The notes under the pieces were generated by a model. The model was not told the DNA's origin, made no database searches, and saw only the letters and a program-made list of their open reading frames with translations. Both the position numbers and the translations under genes were made by a program. DNA of 64,000 nt from the NCBI GenBank assembly GCA_964016885.1, contig OZ024741.1:68572001-68636000 (forward strand), in the 5' to 3' direction. Origin of the DNA: Eledone cirrhosa. Its lineage: Eukaryota. Positions 13,114-25,380 of this stretch are shown here, piece after piece (position 1 is the stretch's first letter; every line of letters begins with the position of its first letter).

Positions 13114-14469
13114 AGTTATTTACCTTTATTAATTTGTTATTATTTTATTAATGTATTTTTATCAATGTATTCTATCCTTATCTTTGTATTTTATCTTTGT
13201 ATCCTGCTTTTATTATTTTTTTGTAACTTTCCTTACTCAGGTTATTATGCACTTTTCATAGCCCCCTACCCACCTAAGAACCACACTACTTATAACCCGG
13301 ACTAACTGGGACTTTAAAATAATTATGGTCTATTTGCACTTTTCATTGGGTTGCTAACTTCGACTTATGTGGTGGCTTTTCCCGGCAGCGCGCTGGGCAC
13401 TCGGAAAGTTCAGCCTTCCTTGAGTGCTCGGAAAAATAAATTTCTCCTCTTTCGGTAAACGAAATTACTCGGAGCGGGTTGCTTTGCCCCGGTCCCACCG
13501 CGCCACCTGTTTTTGGCCGCCATATTATACTTATACCTATAAACTCCAGGTTTAGGCATAACTATCAGCTGTATCATGCCTCTTCTGGCACGTAAATAAA
13601 CTCCTCATGTGTGATTTAGTAATATTCGTTTGTTATAGACGATGGCCTGTCGAAATGGTGGAGTTCCCGCTCGCGCTCCCGGGGCCTAAGGTAGCTACGT
13701 TCCTAGAGTATTCGGAAAAATTAATTTCCATTTCTTTCGCTGGACGATACCACTCGAGACTGGCTGACTCATGGTGGTGGTGGTGGGGGGGGTGCTGGCT
13801 GGGACTCGCAATGGAAATCTTTACTCTATATCCCATCCTAATACCTTATCGAGATAAATTTTTTCATATAAGTTCACTAAATAAATCTCGCTAACGTAAC
13901 CTTTAATTTTCTAATAATTTATTTTTCAATTTATCATTTTGCAATTTAATATTTTTAATTTAATTTAATTTCATCCTATAACTCGCAACATAAGTTTAAC
14001 GTTCCAATCTTCGGTTCACACATTAGACCATACAGACACCCATTATAGATTCTTCGGAGTAGCATTTTTTTCGCGGCATTTTCTAGCATGAATGTAGTGT
14101 GACCATTACGCTGACTTCTTTCTCCCTTTTTTCTTCTTTCTTCCCCTTTTTCTTTGACGGAGACGTGGTAGTGCATTATAAGCCTTCGCCCCCTCACCGG
14201 ATGGTCATAATAGATTCAGTTGCCACCACTTTGAGGGCCACTGGCCGAGGTAAAGGCAGCTAGTTGGTCAGTCGTCCTCTTTGTCTCTGTCTCTGATTTT
14301 TCGGACCCATGATTTTTTACATATTCCTTTGTTATATTCCAATACCTGATGATATCACCGGATTCATATGGAACCCGGTCATTGAAATGATCATAGTATA
14401 ATAAACCTTTCAAGGATTTACACCAGTCCAGCCTCCTGATATTTTATTTTATTTATATATATATATTAT

Positions 14470-15320
14470 ATATATATATTATATATAGTATTTACGTATC
14501 GAGAAAGAGAGAAAAAAAGGAGGGATAGGTGATACATATAGTTATTTGCCAAGTAGCGTATGCCAAAGGTGCTCGATATTAGTGCCGGCAGTATTAAATA
14601 TTCGAAGTGTTAATATTTAGTGGGCTAGAGAGTTAGCAGAGCGTAAGCACGTGGGAAAGTGAAAAATCGGAGAATAGACCGTTAAAACATGTTTATTGAA
14701 AATATCACCTACGTACGTTTCGCCCAGTTGGGCTTCTCAAGGGCATAAACGGTCACAAGTGTTCCTTATATAGTTTGGAGAGAGATTTGGGGGTTAAATC
14801 GACATCAAGATTCATTGTTCGCAAAAATATCTTGTTTTGATTTTGCAGCAGGTCAAGGGAGGTAACTTTGGCCGGTGTTAGGGCAGTTTTTCCCGGATAA
14901 TTTTTGGTATGCAGGGATCGTTTTCTGGGTGTTATTTTGCTGCGCCTGCCCGCCGGGGTGTTAAGACTTGTTGCAGGGAGATCCAGTGTGTTATTTCACT
15001 CTCCATTCTTAACCCATCTAAAGAAGGATATTTTTAAGCGATGTTTACAACTTATCGCTGTTTCAGCTCTGCTGTTGATGAGCTCGTGGGGTGCAGTTAT
15101 GATGTGGTAGAGCTCCATGAGGCAAAGATCGCATTTCCTCTTGAAGTTGTACGGTGCAGCCCTGTCGACAATCTCCCAGTGCGTGGAGAAGCTAATGTTT
15201 AAGTCCTTTAGTGATGTGATGTAGTCCGCGAGCGAGGTGGAGTGCCTTAGTTTTCTATTTGTGAAAGAGTGGAGATGTGTTCGAAACCTAATTTTGAACG
15301 GGCCGGAGGTGGCCCCTATA
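14470..15320 (-). mobile_element. PLE family C 3' fragment (GIY-YIG C-terminus, Naiad-like), cut by the assembly gap
   Basis: Not in the ORF track. Manual translation 15319-14996: IGATSGPFKIRFRTHLHSF..STSLADYI..WEIVDRAAPY..KCDLCLME..LINSRAE..CKHR. Confidence 0.8.
14706..14746 (-). ncRNA. Hammerhead-like motif with variant core
   Basis: tgcc-CTTGAGAA-gccc aact gggc-GAAA-cgtacg-TA-ggtg in the PLE 3' UTR. Confidence 0.5.
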
Positions 15321-15520
15321 NNNNNNNNNNNNNNNNNNNNNNNNNNNNNNNNNNNNNNNNNNNNNNNNNNNNNNNNNNNNNNNNNNNNNNNNNNNNNNNN
15401 NNNNNNNNNNNNNNNNNNNNNNNNNNNNNNNNNNNNNNNNNNNNNNNNNNNNNNNNNNNNNNNNNNNNNNNNNNNNNNNNNNNNNNNNNNNNNNNNNNNN
15501 NNNNNNNNNNNNNNNNNNNN
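15321..15520. other. Assembly gap (200 N)
   Basis: Run of N. Confidence 1.
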
Positions 15521-15612
15521 TGATTTACTCGTTTTATTTACAATCCTTTAAAATATATATAATGGTATTATAATGAAATAGTATGATAGAATATTAAATT
15601 CTAAGTGTTAAT

Positions 15613-15651
15613 TGAACAAGTACTTTCATGCTTTCGCAATCTTCAGGTTCA
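15613..15651 (-). ncRNA. Minimal type I hammerhead ribozyme
   Basis: Mirror copy of 19363-19401. Confidence 0.8.
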
Positions 15652-16026
15652 TGATATGTGGTGACAGTCGAGTTTGCAATTTTCAACTGTAATGAGATGG
15701 GTAAATTTCCTACCTTTTATACATTTTATACAGAGAAAAGTGGCTCCAGAATGCAAAGCCCTGTAAACTGTATTTCGACCAATCAGTGTGTAGTTTCACT
15801 GAATTACTACAGCTGATTGGTTTAAGCGTCACGGCTGGTTGAGCATGCTAACGACCAATAGTCATATCCAACGTATCAATTGTTTTGCTTTTTTGAAATG
15901 ATGAAAATAGCATTTTCTATTAATCATCACCATCAACATCACTTTTATTATTATTATTATTGTTGTTGTTGTTGTTGTTAGTGGTCGTGGTCATAGTGGT
16001 AGTAGAAGTAATACCCCTAGGCGTTA

Positions 16027-18093
16027 TTATTGTTCATTTAGCTTGGGTTTGAATTTATCAATAAAATTCTTTTCTTTGATTTTTCTCTTGATTTCATTTG
16101 GGCTGTGTAATTTGTAGAATGGGAATATTATAAATATTCCCTGACCACATGTTGCCAGGTGGCCGCTTAGGGGTATCTGACGGACATTTGGGTCTCTGAT
16201 TTGTTGACGGTGTACCCGTGCACGTTCCGATAGTGCATTTCCAGTTTGACCGACATATAGTTCTTCACAATTCGGGCATTTAATGCAGTAAATTAGATTT
16301 CTGCTTTTGCAGTTCATATTTGCATTTGTGAATATTTTTCCAGTTTTTGTTTTCATATATTGACCGGCGTGTATGGATTGACATGTGCCGCATCGATTAT
16401 CATTGCATTTAGATACAGTGAATGATTGGTCTTTGTTGTTAAGGTCAAACTTTGCTTTTGTTAGCAATTGCTTCAAATTTTTTGGCTGTCTTTTACTAAG
16501 AGTCAAAGATCGATCTGTGATTAAGCCTTTTAATTCATTACTTTGAGCAATGATCGGTAGGTTTGCTTTGGCAGTGTTGAAGATATTCTGGTGACATGGG
16601 TTGTGTGTCATTATAAATGGTATGACCAGTTCTTGGTTTCTTCTTCTTTGGGTTGTTCTAAGTTGTTGTATAGGTATTTTTATAGCCCGCTGTATGCCAT
16701 TTTCTATAAGTAGAGATGGGTATTTTTGTTTGAGCAAAAATTCTCTTAGTTCTGTTAGGCGTTTGTACCTGGTATTCGTATCTTCTACAATGGTACAAAT
16801 TCTTCTGGCTAGGCAGTATGGGATGTTGCGTTTTGTATGAGGTGGATGGCACGACTTAAAATTCAGATATTGATGGGTGTCTGTGTGTTTATAATATATA
16901 TCCGTGGTAATGGTGGTGTCGTTTTTGATTATCATTATATCTAGGAATGGTAATTTGGTCCTACTCATCTCTTTTGTGAATTGGAGAGATGGGTGTAGGT
17001 TATTCAGGAGGATATTGAACTCATCCAGAGTATCTAGAGATTCTGTCCAGATGATGAAACAGTCGTCAAGGTATCTCTTCCAAGATTTTTCAATGTACTT
17101 TCTAAAGTCAGTACTATATTTTTCCTCTATTTCTTGGTAGATTTGTTGTTCTAAGTATCCCATTACAGAGTTCGCGTAAACGGGAGCAAACTTCGTTCCC
17201 ATCGCTGTGCCTCTAATTTGGATGTAATTCTTTCCATTGAAGAAGAAAGTGTTGTTTTCCAGAATAAGTTTAACTGCGTCTAATATAAATGGCGCTGTGA
17301 ATCTAATGGGAATCACTTCTCTATGTTTTTCCACCCAGTATTTAACCGCCTTTATTCCTAAATCATGTGTAATGTTGGTGTAAAGGCTTACCACATCAAA
17401 ACTGAGTAGAAGTGAATTCGTTTCCGTGGTTTTGGGAAGATGGGACAGGAAGTCGATATCATCCCGGATGAAACTGGGTATGTGAATACATAGTGGTTTC
17501 AAAATAATGTCAACAAAATTGCTTAGACGGTGAGTGGGGCATGTTGGACCAGCTATAATAGGTCTAAGTTTTAAGTCTTTTGGGTGTAATAATTTAATGT
17601 ACTCACTGTTTTGTTCTCTTACTGCCAGTTGTATTTCTTTTGACTTGTGAACTTTCGGTAGGCCATACAGGTTGCTGGGTTTCGGCTCAAAATTGGTGAT
17701 GTAGTCTCTTTCCTTATCAGTAAATGAGTTGTGGTATTTTGAAGCCAGGTTGTTGATCTTCTTCATGATGTTGTGGTCTATATTTGACGGTATTTCATGA
17801 TAGAATGTTGTGTCTTTCAGTTGTTCCTCAACCAAATCCTTGTAGTATTCAGTATCCATTATAACAACTGCACCCCCTTTATCTGCTTGTTTAATTATTA
17901 TTGTTTTATCATTTTGTATACGTTTAAGTGCAGACATTTCTGATTTGTTAATGTTTGGCCTAACATTAGTATTATGTCTGAGAGGAAATTTAGACAGGAT
18001 GTCAATGTATTGGTCGAGATAGATATTTCTTCCTTTTGGCGGAGTGAAATTTGATTTATTCTTTACTAGTGATTCATCACTCTCATTATTTTT
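16027..18093 (-). CDS. Penelope-like reverse transcriptase + GIY-YIG endonuclease (N-terminally truncated, uninterrupted)
   Basis: ADKGGAVVIMD, LYGLPKVHK, FDVVSLYTNI, GTAMGTKFAP, RYLDDCF, LPFLD, linker KCNDNRCGTC, LIYCIKC..LYVGQT. The first ~28 aa of the track ORF come from the inverted arm. Confidence 0.9.
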   Translation of the reverse strand, partial: KNNESDESLVKNKSNFTPPKGRNIYLDQYIDILSKFPLRHNTNVRPNINKSEMSALKRIQNDKTIIIKQADKGGAVVIMDTEYYKDLVEEQLKDTTFYHEIPSNIDHNIMKKINNLASKYHNSFTDKERDYITNFEPKPSNLYGLPKVHKSKEIQLAVREQNSEYIKLLHPKDLKLRPIIAGPTCPTHRLSNFVDIILKPLCIHIPSFIRDDIDFLSHLPKTTETNSLLLSFDVVSLYTNITHDLGIKAVKYWVEKHREVIPIRFTAPFILDAVKLILENNTFFFNGKNYIQIRGTAMGTKFAPVYANSVMGYLEQQIYQEIEEKYSTDFRKYIEKSWKRYLDDCFIIWTESLDTLDEFNILLNNLHPSLQFTKEMSRTKLPFLDIMIIKNDTTITTDIYYKHTDTHQYLNFKSCHPPHTKRNIPYCLARRICTIVEDTNTRYKRLTELREFLLKQKYPSLLIENGIQRAIKIPIQQLRTTQRRRNQELVIPFIMTHNPCHQNIFNTAKANLPIIAQSNELKGLITDRSLTLSKRQPKNLKQLLTKAKFDLNNKDQSFTVSKCNDNRCGTCQSIHAGQYMKTKTGKIFTNANMNCKSRNLIYCIKCPNCEELYVGQTGNALSERARVHRQQIRDPNVRQIPLSGHLATCGQGIFIIFPFYKLHSPNEIKRKIKEKNFIDKFKPKLNEQ

Positions 18094-18987
18094 GACACCA
18101 CCATTACCACGGATATATATTATAAACACACAGACACCCATCAATATCTGAATTTTAAGTCGTGCCATCCACCTCATACAAAACGCAACATCCCATACTG
18201 CCTAGCCAGAAGAATTTGTACCATTGTAGAAGATACGAATACCAGGTACAAACGCCTAACAGAACTAAGAGAATTTTTGCTCAAACAAAAATACCCATCT
18301 CTACTTATAGAAAATGGCATACAGCGGGCTATAAAAATACCTATACAACAACTTAGAACAACCCAAAGAAGAAGAAACCAAGAACTGGTCATACCATTTA
18401 TAATGACACACAACCCATGTCACCAGAATATCTTCAACACTGCCAAAGCAAACCTACCGATCATTGCTCAAAGTAATGAATTAAAAGGCTTAATCACAGA
18501 TCGATCTTTGACTCTTAGTAAAAGACAGCCAAAAAATTTGAAGCAATTGCTAACAAAAGCAAAGTTTGACCTTAACAACAAAGACCAATCATTCACTGTA
18601 TCTAAATGCAATGATAATCGATGCGGCACATGTCAATCCATACACGCCGGTCAATATATGAAAACAAAAACTGGAAAAATATTCACAAATGCAAATATGA
18701 ACTGCAAAAGCAGAAATCTAATTTACTGCATTAAATGCCCGAATTGTGAAGAACTATATGTCGGTCAAACTGGAAATGCACTATCGGAACGTGCACGGGT
18801 ACACCGTCAACAAATCAGAGACCCAAATGTCCGTCAGATACCCCTAAGCGGCCACCTGGCAACATGTGGTCAGGGAATATTTATAATATTCCCATTCTAC
18901 AAATTACACAGCCCAAATGAAATCAAGAGAAAAATCAAAGAAAAGAATTTTATTGATAAATTCAAACCCAAGCTAAATGAACAATAA
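18094..18987 (+). pseudogene. Inverted duplicate of the PLE thumb/GIY-YIG coding region
   Basis: Same C-terminal protein sequence as 16027-16920. Confidence 0.9.
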
Positions 18988-19149
18988 TAACGCCTAGGGG
19001 TATTACTTCTACTACCACTATGACCACGACCACTAACAACAACAACAACAACAATAATAATAATAATAAAAGTGATGTTGATGGTGATGATTAATAGAAA
19101 ATGCTATTTTCATCATTTCAAAAAAGCAAAACAATTGATACGTTGGATA

Positions 19150-19302
19150 TGACTATTGGTCGTTAGCATGCTCAACCAGCCGTGACGCTTAAACCAATCA
19201 GCTGTAGTAATTCAGTGAAACTACACACTGATTGGTCGAAATACAGTTTACAGGGCTTTGCATTCTGGAGCCACTTTTCTCTGTATAAAATGTATAAAAG
19301 GT
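19150..19302 (+). promoter_or_regulatory. Putative pLTR Pol II promoter
   Basis: CCAAT motifs (tattggt, aaccaatca, tgattggt) followed by tataaaa twice, ~65 bp upstream of the hammerhead. Confidence 0.4.
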
Positions 19303-19362
19303 AGGAAATTTACCCATCTCATTACAGTTGAAAATTGCAAACTCGACTGTCACCACATATCA

Positions 19363-19401
19363 TGAACCTGAAGATTGCGAAAGCATGAAAGTACTTGTTC
19401 A
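19363..19401 (+). ncRNA. Minimal type I hammerhead ribozyme
   Basis: tgaac-CTGAAGA-ttgc gaaa gcat-GAAA-gtac-TT-gttca: stem I tgaac/gttca, palindromic stem III agtact. Confidence 0.8.
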
Positions 19402-19518
19402 ATTAACACTTAGAATTTAATATTCTATCATACTATTTCATTATAATACCATTATATATATTTTAAAGGATTGTAAATAAAACGAGTAAATCAGACAAAG
19501 TTGGAATTCCTCTTATTA

Positions 19519-20232
<714 letters not shown>

Positions 20233-20234
20233 TA

Positions 20235-20627
20235 GCGAAAAGCCTTCAGATGTTTTCGTAAACATCCCCTATATATTATTCAATATATAATACTTACATT
20301 TATATGTATATTGCTATGTTGGAGCACCAATACAACTTTTAAAATGTAAATCTAGCCGGCTAATGAGTTTCATCAGCTCATAAACATAATCTGAAAGCTA
20401 GCCTCAACAAAGCCGGGGAGATATGTAGTCTCGATAAACGTTAATAAGCGATAAACGATTGTATCGTCATTTACTTCCTCCTGCTTTTGCTGAGGCTAGG
20501 TGAGTGATGATGGTCACAACCTTAAAAATCCATTGCGAAAGGCCTTCAAATGTTTTTCATAAACATCCCGTATATTATTCAGTATACAATACGTACATTT
20601 ATATTTATATCGGTATATTGGAGCACC
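20235..20627 (+). repeat. ~300-bp unit with ~92-bp terminal direct repeat (pLTR/retrozyme-like)
   Basis: gcgaaa.gccttca.atgtttt..aaacatccc..ggagcacc at 20235 and 20535; flanked by (TA)n. Confidence 0.6.
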
Positions 20628-20930
20628 TATATATATATATATATATTCTTGCTCAACGAGAACGGGGTCATCCTAAGCCAGCGATCCCGAAACATCGTCG
20701 TGCGTAGAGCGGAATATATATATATATATATGTATTTTGTTAGTGGGTTAAAAAATGTTATATTATTAAAATAATAATCTAATAATAGATTTAAATTGTG
20801 ATATTTCAAAATATGGTTACGCTATTTCAGTAACTCATCGCAGTTATTTTGAAAAGAAATATTTTTAGACTCATAGAAAAAATATTTAAGACATGTAATT
20901 ACTATATTTACACACACACACGCATACGCA

Positions 20931-20976
<46 letters not shown>

Positions 20977-21978
20977 CACACATACACTGGTCGAGTGAGA
21001 GCTTGGCAGAAATAGTAATTATTATAAATAAATTATTTAAACTCTTGTTTTAAAATTAGTTATGGTTGTAGAGATAATTTCCAAGCATGCGTGCACAACA
21101 CCACTAAAAATTATAATTAACTCTATTATTCATGCCGGCCTCTATGGACTACGGAACAAAGCCTAACTGCATCTGCATTTCAAAATCTACTATATCTCAT
21201 TCCTGCTGTTTATACTCAATTAGAACTCCTCTTTAATTAAGTATCACCAACAAAAGATTTTGTTCTAGTATTAAAATAGGAGAAAAAAGCTCGCCATATT
21301 TTATACCGGCAAGAGTTTGAAATTGCTTCTCATTGCTGATGAGATGGATGTTAGCTGTTATAACCAGAGCCATGTAAACGCTTATTGAAGAGTCTTTTCA
21401 AACGTCCACCAAAATAATTACGATTCTTGGATTTGTAATGAGTTTTAATCACACCTTATAGAGCAGGCATGTCAAACTGAGGGCCCCCCGAAGTCCACAT
21501 GGGTCACATATGTGTTGTCTGAGAGTTACACACGGCAACTAATTGCGCACATTACAACTGTTTTTTTATATATTTTATATTACGAAGATATTATATATTA
21601 CGAAGATAAAACATGCTCGCGCTGTAGAAACCTTTGTGCGGGCCAGTTAGGTTCATAAAGAAATAGTTCAGTTAAAACGTTCCATTCTCTCTTTTAAATA
21701 CGTTATCTATCTAAATCTAAAACCCGGAGAGGTATGAGTTCTGCGGGCTGTATTTGCCCAAGATACGCAGTATAAACAGCGCTTCTATGACTCTTTAGGA
21801 AGAGGGGGAAAGTAAACTTTAAGCCGACACAGGTTAGTTGCACATAGCTGGAGTAATAAGATTCTTTTTAAAAAGTTGTACATATTTTGATTGAATTTAC
21901 ATTGTGGTGTTGATCATTTTAGAAAAATGAATCTATATAGCGCAGATAGAGGGGAACGAAATTGAATATCGATTTGTA

Positions 21979-22135
21979 GGCGGCGAATCGGCAGAGTCGT
22001 TAGAACGTCAGATAGAATGTTTTCTAGTAGTCATTTCGGTTCTCTGCTCTCTTAGTTCAAATCCCACCGAGGTCAAATTTGCCTTTCCTCCATTCAAGGT
22101 AAATAAAAAAAGTACCAGTCAAAAATTGGGTCGAT
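21979..22135 (+). mobile_element. tRNA-derived SINE
   Basis: ggcggcgaatcggcagagtcgttaga..agttcaaatcccaccgaggtc..gcctttc..agtaccagt. Confidence 0.8.
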
Positions 22136-22489
22136 TCTTCCTCTATATCTTTTTCTTACTTCAATTCTCTCACTATCTCCATCCATTTCTGGAAGAAATC
22201 TGCTGTAATCAGACCTGTAGAGTATTGGCCATTTAAAAATGCCCTAGAAAAGCAGTATCTTTTTTAAAGTCAGAATATAATCTAGGTAAGAAATGACAGA
22301 TAAAGCCTTATTCAACCGATACTATAAATCACGGAGATTTTACATGGGAGGGGTTTATGTACTATTCCTTTAAAATGAGAGTAAAATGTATATATACGTA
22401 CACAGACACAGAAATATATACGTACACACATATATAGACATATTTACACACATATATAGACACATATTTACACACATATAGACATATTT

Positions 22490-22524
<35 letters not shown>

Positions 22525-22646
22525 CATATATATAATCTATATACACACATATATATATATACATATATATACATACATATATATATATTCATATATATAC
22601 ATACGCACATATAAATATATATATATATATAAATATACACACGCAC

Positions 22647-22703
<57 letters not shown>

Positions 22704-22744
22704 TACACACACAGGATTTTTACAAACAGTCCTTGTATCATTTC

Positions 22745-24235
22745 TTTGGTGGCCCCCTTGTCACGATAGCCAGTGGAAGTTTGCCGTACAGCGTGATCCG
22801 GGGCAGGCGATGACCCATCATCCTAGAGACGTGCCATCAAGATGGTATCTGATGTAGATTCCATCATCGTCGTCACGATATTCTGTGGATTGCTTTAGCA
22901 TCCTGCTGAAGGATATGGTGAAGAGAGTCGGTGCAAGGAGCAACCCTGCTTCACTCTGTTGATGAGTTGAAAGGGCACTGAGAGGTCCCTGCTGAATTTG
23001 ACTTTGCTACGCTGGTCTTCGCGTAGCTGGATGACCATGTTCACGAACTTTGGGGAACACGGAGTCATTTCATTCCACAATTCTTCTCACTGTATCGAAT
23101 GGTTTAGGCTAGTCAACGAATGCCATCTACAGCCCTTTATTTTGCTCTCGGTACTTCTCTTAGAACGGCCTAAGAACAAACTCCATGTCTGTGGTGCTCA
23201 TGTTTTCTATGAAGCCACACTGACTCTCTGGGAGGTGTTCTTCTGCGATGGCAGATACCTGTTTTGCGAGGATTCTTCCTGTGACAGTAAGCAGAGTAAT
23301 CCCTCAGTAAGTGGAGATTGCGTTTGCAGCGTACGAGACGATGGTCGTTGTGATATACCGCACTAGGTATCACTCTAGTATGATGACATCTTTCAGGTCG
23401 CTCCAGGAGATAAATAATGAGGTGCCAGTGTTTGGAACGAGGATGCATCCAGGTTGTTTTCAAACTGTCTTTCTGCTAGAATATGTTGTTCGTGCTAACG
23501 GGTCGATGTTCTGCGCAAAACTCCAACAGCAAGCATCTATTGTCTTTGTAGTTACCAACGCCATGTTTCCCAAGCACTCCCTCACAAGATACAGAGTTTC
23601 GGTTCACTCTGGCGTTAGAATCCCTAAGGATTATGACATTGTCGTCCACAGAGATGCCCTGTAATAGACTGTGCAGATCAGAGTAAAACTTGTTCTTTTC
23701 CACAGATCTGCTTGAAGAGTAAGGGGAGTAGACACTGAAGAGTGTGGCATATTGTTGGTTACTTAGTGGGCGGCACATAGAGATGATGTAGTCAGAATGA
23801 CCTGTTGGCAGGTTTTCAAGCTTGGAATCGATAGAGCTCCTGACCATGAAGCCCACTCCTGAAAGCCATCTCTCTACTGCTGGTTTGTCTGACCAGCGCC
23901 ATGCTCTTGTAGGCTGCCTTCCTCTGGAAAGCGGACTTCACTGAGAGCGGCGATGTCAACATTCAGTCTAGACAGCTCCTATGAAATTACAGCAGTTCCA
24001 TATACTGGATGGCTACTGTCGAATGTGACTAGCATGGTTCTGATATTCAACCATGCGATTTTCAGTTCATTCATACCCTTGCTGGTGGGAGTGTACCTTG
24101 TCTTCCTTGATGTTTTTCGACCACATGAGAGGATGCCCGTTGACTGTGATTTGCCAACGAGCGTTGTTTAGGCCATCTTTTCTAGAGCCCTCTTCATGTG
24201 GAGCAAGCAGTGTTGTCCTTAGAACAGGCTGCTTG
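22745..24235 (-). pseudogene. Decayed RTE (BovB-like) LINE: APE and partial RT with frameshifts and deletions
   Basis: ATLFSVYSP..KNKFYSDL..NARV..GKHGVGN..LLLEFCAEH; KTTWMHPRSKHWHL; PFQLINRVKQGC. Confidence 0.8.
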
Positions 24236-24632
24236 GAAACTATTCCATCAGCATTACCCAAATGATGTTGGTATCATTTGGGTAATGCTGATGGAATATG
24301 CATATAATATTTGACTACAACAAAAAACAAACTCGCGGCTCGTAACAACATTGCGGCACAATTATTTCACATCAATTGACCCCGATCTCTTCAACATTAC
24401 ACAAAAGCACATAAAAACAGAAATACATCTCATAAAATTCAAAACGTCTGTGGACAAACTCCTCTTAGAAATTCCGGATCACCCTCTTACACCCAGATGT
24501 ATCCGAAAACAATAACTCTCACTTGAGTGGACCATGGTGTCCAAATCATAATTTGCTAGGTGGTGTTATTAAGTTAGACATAACATGGATTAATACTGGC
24601 CGAAATCTATCAAAGTTATCAAATCAAAGTTA
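24236..24632 (+). mobile_element. CR1-like LINE 3' fragment with a hairpin at its 5' junction
   Basis: Homologous to 63665-64000 (tattccatca..aatgatgttgg; cggcacaattatttcac.tcaattgacccc; caataactctc). Confidence 0.7.
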
Positions 24633-24789
24633 CATATATACGTACATATATATTTGTATAAATACATACTTATATGTGTAGACACTCACACAAACACGCA
24701 CACACATATACATACATATATATATATATATGTACACACACACATATCTATATATACTGGTTGTCTTCTCAATAGAAAGTTTGGCCTGC

Positions 24790-25380
24790 TCAGTGTACAT
24801 GAGATGTTATATAGACTTTTAGACCAGACATATTTTTAAAAAGCCATCCATATAAATTGTACATTTGCTTTGGTGTGGCTTGAACTGTCTGTGTTGTCTG
24901 ATCCTGATGAACTTTGACATGTCTCTTTAAACCTCCTTGAGATTTGTTGATCTTGTGGCATATGTGATCAGAGTAAACTGGTTGATATATTCTGTAGGTA
25001 GCAGAAATTTCCCCATTATGTACTCTTATGTGAGATTGAATTCCAGCCCCAGGCAGGCAGATTTTGCCACAAACTGTACACGGAGAAAAATTTCCAATGA
25101 ATTCATATTTCCTTACTGGCTGTTTTTTTAATATTCATCTTAATATTTATTTATATTAGCCTGTTTTGCTCGAAGTTTTCTCTGCGATCCTATCCTTTTG
25201 AATGCCATGTAGAGCGATCCCCTGCGATACTTTCTAGGTTTTTATTAAATCAATTCCTACATTCTTCAAATTCTCCTTCAATGCATCCTTGAATCCTTTC
25301 TTTGAGTTACACTGTTTCCATCTTCCTTGAGCAAGTTTCACACAAAACAGATATTTACATCTCATTCCATATAGTGTGCA
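24790..25380 (-). pseudogene. Old RTE C-terminal fragment with C2H2-like motifs
   Basis: Manual translation KLAQGRWKQCNSKKGFKDALKENLK..IAGDRSTW; AGIQSHIRVH; CHKINKSQGGLKRHVKVH. Confidence 0.55.

Noticed and set aside
14870-14998. Selenocysteine read-through of the TGA ending the family C ORF
   Set aside because: The TGA follows the conserved C-terminus, the downstream peptide is unrecognisable, and no SECIS was identified
18094-18177. Start of the 716-aa ORF (MRWMARL..)
   Set aside because: It lies in the antisense of the inverted arm; the true N-terminus is truncated
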